A DNA stretch of 64,000 nucleotides from Paracoccaceae bacterium (GTDB taxonomy: Bacteria; Pseudomonadota; Alphaproteobacteria; JAPKNN01), in assembly GCA_040266715.1 (NCBI GenBank), contig JAPKNN010000001.1:51034-115033 (forward strand), in the 5' to 3' direction. Below the pieces are notes generated by a model, which saw only the letters and a list, made by a program, of their open reading frames with translations, searched no databases and had not been told where the DNA came from. The translations under genes and the position numbers were made by a program. The stretch's first letter is position 1. Every line of letters starts with the position of its first letter. Positions 10,909 through 22,138 of the stretch are shown here, piece after piece.

Positions 10909-12030
10909 TTATTGCGAAGCAACCACAAGCCGCGAATCTCTCCATCCACTTTCTGTTAATTGTGTTAAGCTTTCAAGAGCTTCTTTTTTTGAATATATGG
11001 GTCCTAATCGTACGCGTTGTAGAGTTCTTCCTGTTGATAAAACGGGTTCAATTTGTATTTTATAAATATAATTACGTAAATCCGCTACTACCTTCTCAAC
11101 ATTACCTGTATTACCAAATGCACCAATCTGTACATAATATGAAGGTATGCTTGTGGGCTTTGTGGTTACTTTTTGTTGGGAAGCTGCGTGTTCAAATCTT
11201 CTTGTTTTCGCTTTATCTTGGCGCGCCTGATAAGTAGCAGCTAATTTCGCAGCAGTCTTTCTGCTGACGGGTTCACGAACAACTTTTCGTACTTTGTATC
11301 TTGTTTTTTGAGGGACATAGGAAGGGGATGTATTATTTCTCACATAGGAAACATTACTAACTTTAGGTTGCATATTCCTATTATAACTCTTTTTATTATT
11401 CTTAGCATATTCAATATTTCTGGCTCTTTTAAGAGCTTTGGCATATTGTATTTGGTTATTTGATAATAATTGTCTTTCCAAATTTTCTACATTAGCTAAG
11501 CTTGCCTCTTTAATAAATTCAACTTTTACTTTTGCTGTTCCTTTTTTCTTAAATCCGAGATGCTCTGCAGCTGCTCGTGACATATCTATTTCTCTGTCTT
11601 TTGCAAACGGCCCCCTATCATTAACGCGAACAACAGCAGTCCTGCCATTTTCAAGATTTGTAACTTTAACAATACTCGGCATGGGTAATGTTGGATGAGC
11701 CGCCGTCATAGCGTTCATATCATAAATCTCACCATTTGCAGTAAGACGTCCATGAAAATCAGTTCCATACCAAGATGCGATTCCCACCGATTTATAATTT
11801 TTGTTTTCTTTTGGAATATACCATTCACCTAAAATTTTGTATGGCTTTCCTACTTTTCTACTACCGCCTCCTTTAGGAATTTCTGGCATAACGCCAGCTA
11901 ACTCATCAAATTCTACAATGCGGGCACTAGGAGTAGTTTTATTGCTTGTGCAGCCTATCGTAAAAAACAAGCTCAAAAGAAATAATATTTTAAATAAAAC
12001 GGAAAACTTAGATGTTATCATGGTGTACAC
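10909..12030 (-). CDS. rlpA: Septal ring lytic transglycosylase RlpA (DPBB domain + C-terminal SPOR domain)
   Basis: Lipoprotein-like N-terminus, double-psi beta-barrel region (SWYGTDFHGRLTANGEIYD...VRVNDRGPF) and C-terminal SPOR-like segment (YYVQIGAFGN). Confidence 0.85.
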   Translation of the reverse strand: MYTMITSKFSVLFKILFLLSLFFTIGCTSNKTTPSARIVEFDELAGVMPEIPKGGGSRKVGKPYKILGEWYIPKENKNYKSVGIASWYGTDFHGRLTANGEIYDMNAMTAAHPTLPMPSIVKVTNLENGRTAVVRVNDRGPFAKDREIDMSRAAAEHLGFKKKGTAKVKVEFIKEASLANVENLERQLLSNNQIQYAKALKRARNIEYAKNNKKSYNRNMQPKVSNVSYVRNNTSPSYVPQKTRYKVRKVVREPVSRKTAAKLAATYQARQDKAKTRRFEHAASQQKVTTKPTSIPSYYVQIGAFGNTGNVEKVVADLRNYIYKIQIEPVLSTGRTLQRVRLGPIYSKKEALESLTQLTESGWRDSRLVVASQ

Positions 12031-12168
12031 TCTACAAAAATTTACTAACTATACTCAACTATTAAGGAGTATATGTACTTTCTAGTAAAAAAATTAATGA
12101 ATAATTAGCATATAAAAAAATTTTTAGCTTCCGCTATGTCTTAACACTCTGATCAATTTTTTGATGTA

Positions 12169-12621
12169 TCAAAAAATCACTGTATTACCAATTTTTATCT
12201 TTTCTTGCCTCACAGTGCCAGCTTTAACTTCCAATACCGCTATTACCTCCTTTACAGACGATATAAGTGTAAGGTCATGCGGTTGTGTATCTGTCACTAT
12301 ATGTACAATCTCATTTTTGCTGTCAATAAAAATCATATCCAAAGAAATGTATGTATCTTTCATCCACATATTCACAACACGCGGCGAACCAAAGTGAAAT
12401 AACATACCAGCATTATCCTTAAGATAGCGACGATACATTAATCCGCGCTCTCTTTGTGCTGTTGTACGTGCCTGCTCAACTTGAAAATGCACACGTTTTT
12501 TTTCTGTTATAATTTGGAGAGTTTTTTTTTCAAAACTATCTTGTGCTAATAGATATGTAACACTATTCATAGTTACAATACAACAAAAGCATATAAGACA
12601 AAATTTCTTTACAATAAACAT
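12169..12621 (-). CDS. DUF192 (COG1430) family secreted protein
   Basis: 150 aa with signal peptide and a conserved GLMYR...GMLF segment characteristic of DUF192; function unknown. Confidence 0.55.
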   Translation of the reverse strand: MFIVKKFCLICFCCIVTMNSVTYLLAQDSFEKKTLQIITEKKRVHFQVEQARTTAQRERGLMYRRYLKDNAGMLFHFGSPRVVNMWMKDTYISLDMIFIDSKNEIVHIVTDTQPHDLTLISSVKEVIAVLEVKAGTVRQEKIKIGNTVIF

Positions 12622-12814
12622 GCTTTAATCCTTTCCATAAAATTACGCTTACATTGTTATAATATTAAATTTTGGCAATAAAATATTTTTATTGGAGATG
12701 ATTACTTGCATATTGTATAACTTTTTTATAAAAGGAAAACAATCGAAAGACTATAGTAAGTTTATTTTAATATTTTTTTCACCCCATCCCCTCAACCATT
12801 CTCAATGAAATAAG

Positions 12815-14626
12815 ATGTATATACAAAATCGCTATCGCACCCATCACTGCAACGAACTTACCACAGAAAATATAGGCGAAAAGGTAATATTATCAGGATG
12901 GTTACATAGAAACAGACATCATGGAGGGTTATTATTTATTGATTTGCGTGATCATTATGGCATTACGCAATGTGTTATAGAGCCAGAAAATTCACTATTT
13001 AGTACCGTAGAAAAATTACGTGTTGAGACGGTCCTAAAAGTTGAGGGCATCGTTAGCAAGCGTCCTGAGGACACAGAAAATACACGCTTGAATACAGGGG
13101 GAATAGAAATCAGTATTTCACATGTTGAAATTCTTAACGAGGCATCTGAATTACCTTTACCAGTTTTCCCAGAAACACCCTACCCCGAAGATATTCGCTT
13201 GAAATACCGTTTTTTGGATTTAAGACGCAGTCGTATGCACCAAAATATTATGATGCGCAATAATATTATTTCTACAATCCGCAAGCTTATGCATGAAAAA
13301 GGGTTTATGGAGTTTCAAACACCAATTTTAACGGCATCAAGCCCTGAAGGTGCACGTGATTTTCTTGTGCCAAGTCGCCTTAATCCTGGTAAATTTTATG
13401 CACTTCCACAAGCACCTCAACAATTCAAACAGCTCGTTATGATGGCAGGATTCGATAAATATTTCCAGATTGCCCCTTGTTTCAGGGATGAGGATGCACG
13501 TGCCGATCGTTCGCCAGGTGAGTTTTATCAACTGGATATTGAAATGAGTTTTGTTGAGCAAAAAGATGTTTTTTCTGTCGTAGAACCCGTTTTATATGAC
13601 ATTTTTAATACTTTTTCAAAAGGAAAAAAAGTTATAGAAAAATTTCCTATCCTTACCTATAAGCAAGCTATGGAGGATTATGGTACCGATAAACCAGATT
13701 TACGCAATCCTATAAAACTGGGCGATGTAACAGAATTTTTTGCTGATCCCCAAGTTGAGTTCAAAGCCTTTCATACAATTATCAAGCAAGGTGGTATTGT
13801 AAAAACCATCTTGGCACCTCAAACGGCTAAAATGCCACGAAGTTTTTTTGATAAACTCAATGATTGGGCACGTTCAGAAATGAAAGCCGCTGGATTAGGA
13901 TACATTATTTTTGAAAAGAACAATGACACATTTGTAGGAAAAGGACCCATCGCACGTTTTATACCGCAAAACATTCTTAATGCTATGGCACAAAAAATTA
14001 ATGCACAAGATGGGGATAGTGTGTTTTTTAGTTGCAACACACCTAAAGAAGCTTACAGATTGGCCGATGAAACACGGAAAAAATTAGGACAACAGCTTGA
14101 ATTAATTGACGAAAATAGTTTCCATTTTTGCTGGATTGTTGATTTTCCAATGTATGAATATAGTGAACAGGAAAAACGCATTGTTTTTTCACATAATCCC
14201 TTTTCTATGCCACAAGGAGGTATGCAAGCTCTGAATGAAAAAAATCCACTTGATATTTTGGGTTATCAATATGATGTCGTTTGCAATGGAATTGAATTAT
14301 CCTCAGGTGCTATACGAAATCACAAACCTGAAATACTTTATAAGGCTTTTTCTATAGCTGGTTATACAAAAGAACAAGTTGATGAGCGTTTCGGTGGTAT
14401 GATTCGTGCTTTGGAATATGGGGCCCCGCCACATGGGGGTATCGCTCCAGGAATAGATCGCATGGTTATGCTATTAACAGAAGAAACAAATATACGTGAA
14501 GTAACATTATTTCCCATGAACCAACAAGCAGAAGATTTACTTATGGGAGCACCTGCAGATATAGATGAAAACATACTTAAAAATTTATCATTAAAAATTA
14601 CAGCTAATCATAAAAAAATGTCATAA
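12815..14626 (+). CDS. aspS: Aspartate--tRNA ligase
   Basis: 603 aa class II aaRS with N-terminal OB anticodon-binding domain and catalytic motifs ([14 protein letters not shown]). Confidence 0.95.
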   Translation: MYIQNRYRTHHCNELTTENIGEKVILSGWLHRNRHHGGLLFIDLRDHYGITQCVIEPENSLFSTVEKLRVETVLKVEGIVSKRPEDTENTRLNTGGIEISISHVEILNEASELPLPVFPETPYPEDIRLKYRFLDLRRSRMHQNIMMRNNIISTIRKLMHEKGFMEFQTPILTASSPEGARDFLVPSRLNPGKFYALPQAPQQFKQLVMMAGFDKYFQIAPCFRDEDARADRSPGEFYQLDIEMSFVEQKDVFSVVEPVLYDIFNTFSKGKKVIEKFPILTYKQAMEDYGTDKPDLRNPIKLGDVTEFFADPQVEFKAFHTIIKQGGIVKTILAPQTAKMPRSFFDKLNDWARSEMKAAGLGYIIFEKNNDTFVGKGPIARFIPQNILNAMAQKINAQDGDSVFFSCNTPKEAYRLADETRKKLGQQLELIDENSFHFCWIVDFPMYEYSEQEKRIVFSHNPFSMPQGGMQALNEKNPLDILGYQYDVVCNGIELSSGAIRNHKPEILYKAFSIAGYTKEQVDERFGGMIRALEYGAPPHGGIAPGIDRMVMLLTEETNIREVTLFPMNQQAEDLLMGAPADIDENILKNLSLKITANHKKMS

Positions 14627-14790
14627 ATGCAAGATTACAAAAAACTATACTGAATTAGTGGCATCCATCAATTACAAGATAAACAAAAATAATAATTCTT
14701 CTACTTTACTGTGTTAATTGGCACAGTTTTTGTATACCACTAGTATAGTAAATAAATATAGGTTTAACTATTGTCTATCTGGAGAAATAT

Positions 14791-15636
14791 ATGTCATTAG
14801 CACTTTTTGATATTATTATTTTAGTTATTGTTGCTCTATCTGGTATATTGGCCCTTATGAGAGGTTTAACACGTGAAATTCTATCCGTGGTACCATGGTT
14901 AATTGCTATAGGAGCTAGCCTTGCATGGATTTCGAGTGAAACACTTTCAGTATTTAGGGATTCTTTTGCCAATCTTATGTCTGATTATATTGATGAACAA
15001 ACATCTCTTGTTGTCAGTGCTATTCTTGTTTTTCTAATTAGTTTAAGTGTTGTTTTTACATTTATTGTTAAATTATCAAATTCTATTCTTAATAGTCAAA
15101 TCGGAGCAGTTGATAGAACATTGGGTATGTTTTTTGGCTTATCGCGAGGTTTCTTATTTGTTCTTATTGGTATTCTATTGTTTAATGAATTATTTAATCG
15201 TACTACGCGCGATCGCTGGACTGCTCACTCACAATCGTATGATTTCCTACTTAAAAGTTCAAATTTATCTTTGCAATATCTCGGCGACATAGTAAGTGCC
15301 ATAGCACCAGAAGACAAGCAATACGTGTTACCTCATGCAAATGATGAAGCTGAAAACTCTAAGGATAATGTTTTGATACTTCCAGAAGGCAAAGAAAATT
15401 CAGAACGTAAAGAAAATTCAGAAAGTAGCGATACTATAGAGCTACCTCAAGACAATTCGCCCTCTGAAATAGAAAATTTGAATAAATTTGATAGTAATAC
15501 AGGTAAATCTATAACGAATAAAAAGACAATTAAAAAGTTCAATAGTAAAGAATATCTAATTGATTATAGTGCAAAAAAAACAAACATTACTATCATAAGA
15601 GGTAATAACATAAAAGGCAATAGAGATAAATCGTAA
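14791..15636 (+). CDS. cvpA: CvpA-family membrane protein (colicin V production protein)
   Basis: Polytopic N-terminal membrane domain with low-complexity acidic tail; immediately upstream of purF as in the conserved cvpA-purF operon. Confidence 0.8.
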   Translation: MSLALFDIIILVIVALSGILALMRGLTREILSVVPWLIAIGASLAWISSETLSVFRDSFANLMSDYIDEQTSLVVSAILVFLISLSVVFTFIVKLSNSILNSQIGAVDRTLGMFFGLSRGFLFVLIGILLFNELFNRTTRDRWTAHSQSYDFLLKSSNLSLQYLGDIVSAIAPEDKQYVLPHANDEAENSKDNVLILPEGKENSERKENSESSDTIELPQDNSPSEIENLNKFDSNTGKSITNKKTIKKFNSKEYLIDYSAKKTNITIIRGNNIKGNRDKS

Positions 15637-15751
15637 AGATAGTGATATAATTAAGTCTCATTTGCTTTTCTTTAAATGTATAACTTATTTTTCTTACTGA
15701 CTTTTTGCTCGGCTTTGTCTATGGTACATTGAGTTTTATACGTAACTATTT

Positions 15752-17278
15752 ATGCAAAAAAACGACTACCTTTTACAGAAAATGCAGCGCATTATGCGTG
15801 AGAATCCTTATGTTCCCGATAGCATAGGGCACTATGGCAATGAAAAAGCAATAGCTGAGGAATGTGGTGTCTTTGCCGTTTACGGATTACAAGAAGCTTC
15901 GGTTTATTGCGCATTGGGTTTACATGCCTTACAACATAGGGGGCAAGAATCTGCTGGTATAGCTGCTTATAATGGTAAAGCTATTGAGGTAGAAAGAAAT
16001 ACGGGTCTTGTTGGAGAACATTACAATAAGCATGATGTCATTAACAAATTAAAGGGCTTCATCTCCGTAGGTCATGTACGTTATTCTACACAAGGTGGTT
16101 CGCGTATAGAAAACGCCCAACCATTATCTGCTACATTCTTGTTTGGTAAAACTATTTTATCGCATAATGGGCATATTGTAAATGCTACCAACATTCGTAA
16201 AGAGCTATCAGAAGAACATGGTGATATGTGGCAAACAGATAGCGATAGTGAAGTGATCCTTCAACTTATGGGACATTCAAAAGAAAGGAATTTTTTTGAA
16301 AGTTTTAAATATGCCCTATCTCGCATTATAGGCGGTTATGCTATAATTGCTATGTGTAACGATACAATATTAGCAGCACGTGATCCTAATGGTATTCGTC
16401 CACTCGTGTTAGGAAAGTTAGGAGATGCCTATATTTTATCTTCTGAGAGTTGTGCCTTTAATATTATTGGTGCTACCTTTATAAGAGAAATCCAAAACGG
16501 TGAAATTGTTACCATTACAAAAAATGAGCTAAAAAGCCACTTTCCTTTTGCAAGACAACGCGCACGTCCATGCCTGTTTGAGTATATTTATTTTTCACGC
16601 CCCGATAGTATTTTAAATGGAAAAAGTGTGTATGAACACAGAAAAGCACTTGGTAAACAACTGGCCCTAGAAAACAGCATTGATAATATTGATGTTGTTA
16701 TTCCTATACCCGATTCAGGTATTCCATCAGCTATCGGTTATGCAAAAGAGGCCTCTATTGAATTTGATTTAGGTATCGTTAGAAATCACTATGTCGGCCG
16801 TACTTTTATAGAACCTAAACAGCGTATTAGAGAATTGGGGGTACGCCTTAAGCATAGTCCCAATATCAAACAAATTGAGGGGCGGAATGTCTTGCTTATA
16901 GATGATAGTATCGTACGCGGTACAACCTCAACAAAGATTGTATCTATGATCCGCCATTCTGGAGCAAAATCCGTATCGCTTCTTATCTCGTCACCACAAA
17001 TTAAATATCCTGATTATTATGGCATAGACATTCCCTGTATAGATAATCTTGTATCGGCAAAACAATCGTTAGAAAATATTCGTAAAAAACTGTGTGTTGA
17101 TTACCTGAATTTTATTTCTCTGGATGGTCTATATATCGCTTTAACTGGGCAAAAACGTGATGCTAAGAAGCCGTTTTTTTCAGATCATTGCTTTACTGGT
17201 GAATATCCTACACAGATTCCTACGGATGATCATGATAAGAATCAAAAATCATTGTTTCCTCAAATTAATAATGAGTGA
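15752..17278 (+). CDS. purF: Amidophosphoribosyltransferase
   Basis: Ntn glutamine amidotransferase with catalytic Cys in CGVFAVYG after an apparent propeptide; PRTase motif VLLIDDSIVRGTT; C-terminal Cys cluster. Confidence 0.95.
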   Translation: MQKNDYLLQKMQRIMRENPYVPDSIGHYGNEKAIAEECGVFAVYGLQEASVYCALGLHALQHRGQESAGIAAYNGKAIEVERNTGLVGEHYNKHDVINKLKGFISVGHVRYSTQGGSRIENAQPLSATFLFGKTILSHNGHIVNATNIRKELSEEHGDMWQTDSDSEVILQLMGHSKERNFFESFKYALSRIIGGYAIIAMCNDTILAARDPNGIRPLVLGKLGDAYILSSESCAFNIIGATFIREIQNGEIVTITKNELKSHFPFARQRARPCLFEYIYFSRPDSILNGKSVYEHRKALGKQLALENSIDNIDVVIPIPDSGIPSAIGYAKEASIEFDLGIVRNHYVGRTFIEPKQRIRELGVRLKHSPNIKQIEGRNVLLIDDSIVRGTTSTKIVSMIRHSGAKSVSLLISSPQIKYPDYYGIDIPCIDNLVSAKQSLENIRKKLCVDYLNFISLDGLYIALTGQKRDAKKPFFSDHCFTGEYPTQIPTDDHDKNQKSLFPQINNE

Positions 17279-18018
17279 ATTCTGTTTCAGAAAATATACT
17301 TATGCAAAAACAATTAAACGGCAAAACAGCATTAGTAACAGGTGCTTCGCAAGGTATTGGTTATGCAATAGCAGTAACCTTAGCAAAACATGGTGCACAT
17401 GTTATTTGTATTGCCAGAAATGCAACTAATTTAGAGCATTTAGACGATGAAATTCAACGCAATCAAGGTACTGCGACTTTAGTGCCACTGGATTTAACAG
17501 ATCATTGCGCAATAGATACACTCGGCTACGAAATTGCTAAACGATGGAAAAGTCTTGATATTCTTATCTCAAATGCGGGTACTTTAGGAATACTAACGCC
17601 AATAAATCTTCTTGATCCCCAAATTTTACAAGACAGTTTGTCTCTTAATTTTACAGCCAATTTTCGATTAATTCGTGCTATGCATCCATTATTATTAAAT
17701 GCACATCAGGCTCACGCCATTTTTATGACGAGTAACGTCGTTGGCAAAAACAGACCTTTTTTCACAACATATTCCGCCTCAAAGGCAGCTTTAGAGGAGA
17801 TGGTATTAACCTATGCACAGGAAACACAATCGCATAATATTTGCGTTCAACTATTTAATCCAGGTGCCGTAAAAACACAAATGAGAAGAAAAATTTATCC
17901 TGGTGAAGATCAAAACAAACTTACATTACCAGAAGAAATCGCGACTAAAGTTTTAGAAATACTTACACAAAAAAATCCACAAACAGGGACGATCTATAAT
18001 CATCCCAAGAAATTTTAA
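17275..18018 (+). CDS. SDR-family short-chain dehydrogenase/reductase
   Basis: TGASQGIG Rossmann motif and YSASK active-site motif; 4-bp overlap with purF stop suggests co-transcription. Confidence 0.8.
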   Translation: MNSVSENILMQKQLNGKTALVTGASQGIGYAIAVTLAKHGAHVICIARNATNLEHLDDEIQRNQGTATLVPLDLTDHCAIDTLGYEIAKRWKSLDILISNAGTLGILTPINLLDPQILQDSLSLNFTANFRLIRAMHPLLLNAHQAHAIFMTSNVVGKNRPFFTTYSASKAALEEMVLTYAQETQSHNICVQLFNPGAVKTQMRRKIYPGEDQNKLTLPEEIATKVLEILTQKNPQTGTIYNHPKKF

Positions 18019-18116
18019 ATTTACATCGGTTACTATCAATATTATATATACTTTGTCTGCTCATCACTATATATACTCAATTAATAATATTTCTTCGCGC
18101 TTAATGGATTGGATCT

Positions 18117-21100
18117 ATGGATGACTTACCTTTATACATTCCTCTAAAAACGCATTCTGATTATTCTCTTCTTCAAAGCACCATAAAAATTTCAGATATT
18201 GTTGATCATGCTACAAAGCAAGGTTTTCCAGCAATAGGTATATGTGATAACGCCAATTTATTTGGGGCCCTAGAATTTTCTGAAGCATGTGCAAAAAAAA
18301 ATATTCAACCTATAATTTCTATCAATCTTCCCGTTAACTATGGGGAAAATACAATACCACACAATGTACATACAGATCTGAAACCGCATCTGACCTTGAC
18401 CTGTTTATCGCAAAAAGGGTATGAAAATTTGCTATATCTCAGTAGTCTTTTTTATGACAATCTATATGAAAAAAAGCAAGCCTACATAGTCTTAGATGAT
18501 ATCTTTCAGTATAATGAAGGCTTGGCATTATTAAGTGGTGGATGTCATGGACTTGTGGACACACTTTTAGCATCAAAAAACACACAAAATGCTCATGATT
18601 TACTGCAAGAATGTAAGGGGTGTTTTTCTGATCGTTTATATATTGAACTTCAAAAATGTGATACAAAATCGCATTCATCGGTTTTTTCTGCACTCATTGA
18701 CATGGCAGATAATCTTTCATTACCAACACTCGCGATTAATGAAAGCTATTTTAAAACAAAAGCAGATATGCGCAACCATCAAATGTTGTTGGCAATTAAG
18801 TTAGGCATCACGATCGAAGAGTTAGACGCATATGATTTTGATGAATCACATCGTTTTTTATCATCTTCGGAAATGAAAAATGTGTATAAAAATCATGATT
18901 ATGCTTTACAAAACACCGTTGAGTTAGCCAGACGTATTAACTTCCGTCCACATGGCACAAAAGCTCAATTACCCAATTTTTTGAAAATTAATAAGGACGA
19001 TACAGCAGACAAAGTATTAGAAAAAGAAAAGAACCTGTTATACGAAAAAGCATATCAGGGTTTAACTGAAAAACTATCTCGCTTTGGTGCTGCCCAAGGG
19101 ATAAGTCGTGATACATACTTTAAGCAACTTGATTATGAAACTTCTGTCATTAACTCCATGCAATTTGCTGGTTATTTTTTGATTGTTGCCGATTTTGTAA
19201 CTTGGGCAAAAAATCAATCTATTCCTGTAGGTCCTGGACGTGGTTCTGGTGCTGGTTCTTTAGTCGCTTACAGTCTTGATATTACAACCATTGATCCTTT
19301 GCGCTTTGGATTGATATTCGAGCGTTTTCTTAATCCCGATCGTATTTCTATGCCAGATTTTGATATTGATTTCTGCCAAGAACACAGGGATAGAATTATT
19401 GAATATGTATATGAGAAGTATGGAAACGATTGCGTTGGACAGATTATTACTTTCGGTAAAATGCAAGCACGTGCAGTTTTAAGAGATGTCGGCAGAGCCA
19501 TGGGCCTACCCTATTCTTTTGTAGATAGATTTTGTAAACTTATTCCCAACAACCCTACCGATCCTATCACTTTAGACAAAGCCATAGCAACACAACCGCG
19601 TCTTATAGAGGCTCAACGCAATAATGAAAGTGCAAAAGAACTTTTTAACATTAGTCAAAACCTTGAAGGCTTACATCGTCATACCTCAATACATGCAGCT
19701 GGCATTGTTATAGCTAGTCAAGAAATCGTGAAAACTGTACCAACTTACAAAGATAGTAAAACTCCTTTTAATATTACCCAGTTTAGTATGAAATGGGTAG
19801 AACATGCAGGACTAGTAAAATTTGATTTTCTGGGCCTAAAAACACTCAGTATCATAAAGAAAACGCAGAACCTCCTTGCACAAGAAGAAATACATATTGA
19901 TATTGATACTGTAGAACTTAATGATACGCAGACTTTTACTCTTTTATCTCAAGCCCAAACAATAGGCGTTTTTCAGTTGGAAAGCACTGGTATGCAAGAC
20001 GCTCTTATGAAGCTTGGTATTGATAGATTTGAAGACCTCATTGCTCTTATATCCTTGTATAGACCAGGACCTATGGACAATTTGCCAAGCTTCATTGCTC
20101 GCAAAAACAAAAAAGAAGATATTGAATATATCCATCCCTTGACAGAAAACAGTCTCAAGGAAACCTATGGAATAATTGTTTATCAAGAACAAGTTATGGA
20201 AATCGCACGCATATTAGGGGGGTATTCCTTTAGTGAAGCAGATATTCTCAGACGTGCGATGGGTAAAAAAATTAAATCTGAAATGGCATTGCAAAAAAAT
20301 AAATTCATTGAAGGGGCAAAACAACATAATATCCCTAAACAGCAGGCCGAAAATATTTTTATGTTAATAGAAAAATTTGCAGGATATGGTTTTAATAAAT
20401 CACACGCCGCAGCCTACGCGCTCATATCGTATCAAACTGCCTATCTAAAAGCCCATTATTATGTGCATTTTATGGCCTGTTTGCTTGATTTTGATATTCA
20501 TAACAGCGATAAAATATATCAATATATTTGTGATGTTCGTAAACAAAAAAAACACATCTTACCACCAGATATCAACCTATCAGATTGCAACTTTAAGCCC
20601 GAAAATGGGGCAGTACGCTATGCTTTGGGTGCAATAAAAAATGTAAGCGCCCAAAGCTGCGAAAATATTATTGCAGAACGTAATGCAAACGGTTTATTTA
20701 AGGATCTAAGTGATTTTCTTGCGCGTATTGATGGCCGTTGTATCAATAAAAAAATATTAGAAAACTTTATTAAGTCGGGAGTTTTTGATAGTTTTGGACA
20801 TAGTCGCAGTTGCTTACTTGCCTCACAATCAACAATGTTGACCTATATGGCATCTATGAGTGAGCGTAAAAATAGCGATCAATCGGAATTATTTATTTCA
20901 TCAAATGATGACATACCTTCTCAAGAAAAAATCAACCTTTGTCCCGAAAACGACAATGAAGATACCTTACTAAATTTAAAAAATGAATATGAGAGTTTTG
21001 GTTTTTATCTTTCAGGCCATCCCGTACAAAATTATAGAAAGAGCGTAATAAAAAACGTCCAAAACAGTCAAGATTTGCTTGAAAAACTCAATGTCACAAA

Positions 21101-21611
21101 AAAATCTGTCATAAACATAATTGCTCTCATCACAAACATTGTAGAACGAAAATCTAAAAATGGGAAACCCTACACATTTATCAACTTATCCGATGAATTT
21201 AATGAACTTGAAGCCATATTATTTGAAAGTGAAGCCGAAAAATATGCAAATATACTCGAAAAAGATACGACATATATTGTGACACTTGAAAGTACAAAGC
21301 AAGAAGAGAAGTATAAACATAGAATTTCTAAATTAAAATTAGTAGATGAATTTCTAAAACAAAAACACCTTGGTGAAATCTTGCAATTACGCTTACAATC
21401 TTATGCACCTTTACTAGAATTGCAAACAATATTACAACACTGCCACCTTAAAACAAAAACAGAAAAAGCAACGCAGATCTCAATAATTCTTCCAATTACT
21501 ACACTATCTTGCGAGGCTCATATCATGCTTTCTGAACACTATAGTCTTACATTAGAAAGCATAAACGATATTAATAACATTTCTGGGATAGAAATTATCA
21601 GTACATCTTAA
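18117..21611 (+). CDS. dnaE: DNA polymerase III subunit alpha
   Basis: 1164 aa; N-terminal PHP domain, polymerase core (GVVKFDFLGLKTL, PDFDIDF) and OB fold. Confidence 0.95.
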   Translation: MDDLPLYIPLKTHSDYSLLQSTIKISDIVDHATKQGFPAIGICDNANLFGALEFSEACAKKNIQPIISINLPVNYGENTIPHNVHTDLKPHLTLTCLSQKGYENLLYLSSLFYDNLYEKKQAYIVLDDIFQYNEGLALLSGGCHGLVDTLLASKNTQNAHDLLQECKGCFSDRLYIELQKCDTKSHSSVFSALIDMADNLSLPTLAINESYFKTKADMRNHQMLLAIKLGITIEELDAYDFDESHRFLSSSEMKNVYKNHDYALQNTVELARRINFRPHGTKAQLPNFLKINKDDTADKVLEKEKNLLYEKAYQGLTEKLSRFGAAQGISRDTYFKQLDYETSVINSMQFAGYFLIVADFVTWAKNQSIPVGPGRGSGAGSLVAYSLDITTIDPLRFGLIFERFLNPDRISMPDFDIDFCQEHRDRIIEYVYEKYGNDCVGQIITFGKMQARAVLRDVGRAMGLPYSFVDRFCKLIPNNPTDPITLDKAIATQPRLIEAQRNNESAKELFNISQNLEGLHRHTSIHAAGIVIASQEIVKTVPTYKDSKTPFNITQFSMKWVEHAGLVKFDFLGLKTLSIIKKTQNLLAQEEIHIDIDTVELNDTQTFTLLSQAQTIGVFQLESTGMQDALMKLGIDRFEDLIALISLYRPGPMDNLPSFIARKNKKEDIEYIHPLTENSLKETYGIIVYQEQVMEIARILGGYSFSEADILRRAMGKKIKSEMALQKNKFIEGAKQHNIPKQQAENIFMLIEKFAGYGFNKSHAAAYALISYQTAYLKAHYYVHFMACLLDFDIHNSDKIYQYICDVRKQKKHILPPDINLSDCNFKPENGAVRYALGAIKNVSAQSCENIIAERNANGLFKDLSDFLARIDGRCINKKILENFIKSGVFDSFGHSRSCLLASQSTMLTYMASMSERKNSDQSELFISSNDDIPSQEKINLCPENDNEDTLLNLKNEYESFGFYLSGHPVQNYRKSVIKNVQNSQDLLEKLNVTKKSVINIIALITNIVERKSKNGKPYTFINLSDEFNELEAILFESEAEKYANILEKDTTYIVTLESTKQEEKYKHRISKLKLVDEFLKQKHLGEILQLRLQSYAPLLELQTILQHCHLKTKTEKATQISIILPITTLSCEAHIMLSEHYSLTLESINDINNISGIEIISTS

Positions 21612-22129
21612 TCCTTCGTGTAATCACTTCTATCTAACTCTAGTAAAATACTTTTATATAAATCTTGTTTAAACCAAATAACTTCATCAAGCCATTTCTG
21701 ATTTTTGCGCTGCTGAACAGATAACCATTTATATTCAATAAATTCTTGTTTATGGGTTGTATCTTTTGGAACTAAAGACACCTCTGCTGTGCTGTGAACA
21801 CGCATAACAAACCATTTTTGTGTTTGCCCGACGAAATTTTGCATCTTAATCTCCTCTGGAAATATATACGAATACCAATACTTACTTTCATATACAATCT
21901 TTGGATTAACAATACCCGTTTCTTCATATAACTCCCTAATAGCAGCATTAACAAGATTTTCATTTGCGTCCACTCCCCCTTGTGGCATTTGCCATGCTTG
22001 TTTAAATTTTTTACTATCAACTCGCTTTCCAAGCCATAACTCATTTTTTTCATTAAGTAAAAAAACACCTACACATTTACGATATTTAGCATCTGGTTGA
22101 TGAATTGAAATGGTACAGTTACTATTCAT
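21608..22129 (-). CDS. rppH: RNA pyrophosphohydrolase, Nudix hydrolase (RppH / invasion-associated IalA-like)
   Basis: Nudix box GGVDANENLVNAAIRELYEETGI; 173 aa. Confidence 0.85.
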   Translation of the reverse strand: MNSNCTISIHQPDAKYRKCVGVFLLNEKNELWLGKRVDSKKFKQAWQMPQGGVDANENLVNAAIRELYEETGIVNPKIVYESKYWYSYIFPEEIKMQNFVGQTQKWFVMRVHSTAEVSLVPKDTTHKQEFIEYKWLSVQQRKNQKWLDEVIWFKQDLYKSILLELDRSDYTKD

Positions 22130-22138
22130 AACTTATCA

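Noticed and set aside
14718-14735. Sigma-54-like TTGGCACAGTTTTTGTAT upstream of cvpA
   Set aside because: The -24 TGGCAC is present but the -12 element reads TTGT instead of TTGC, and cvpA-purF operons are not known sigma-54 targets; probably chance.
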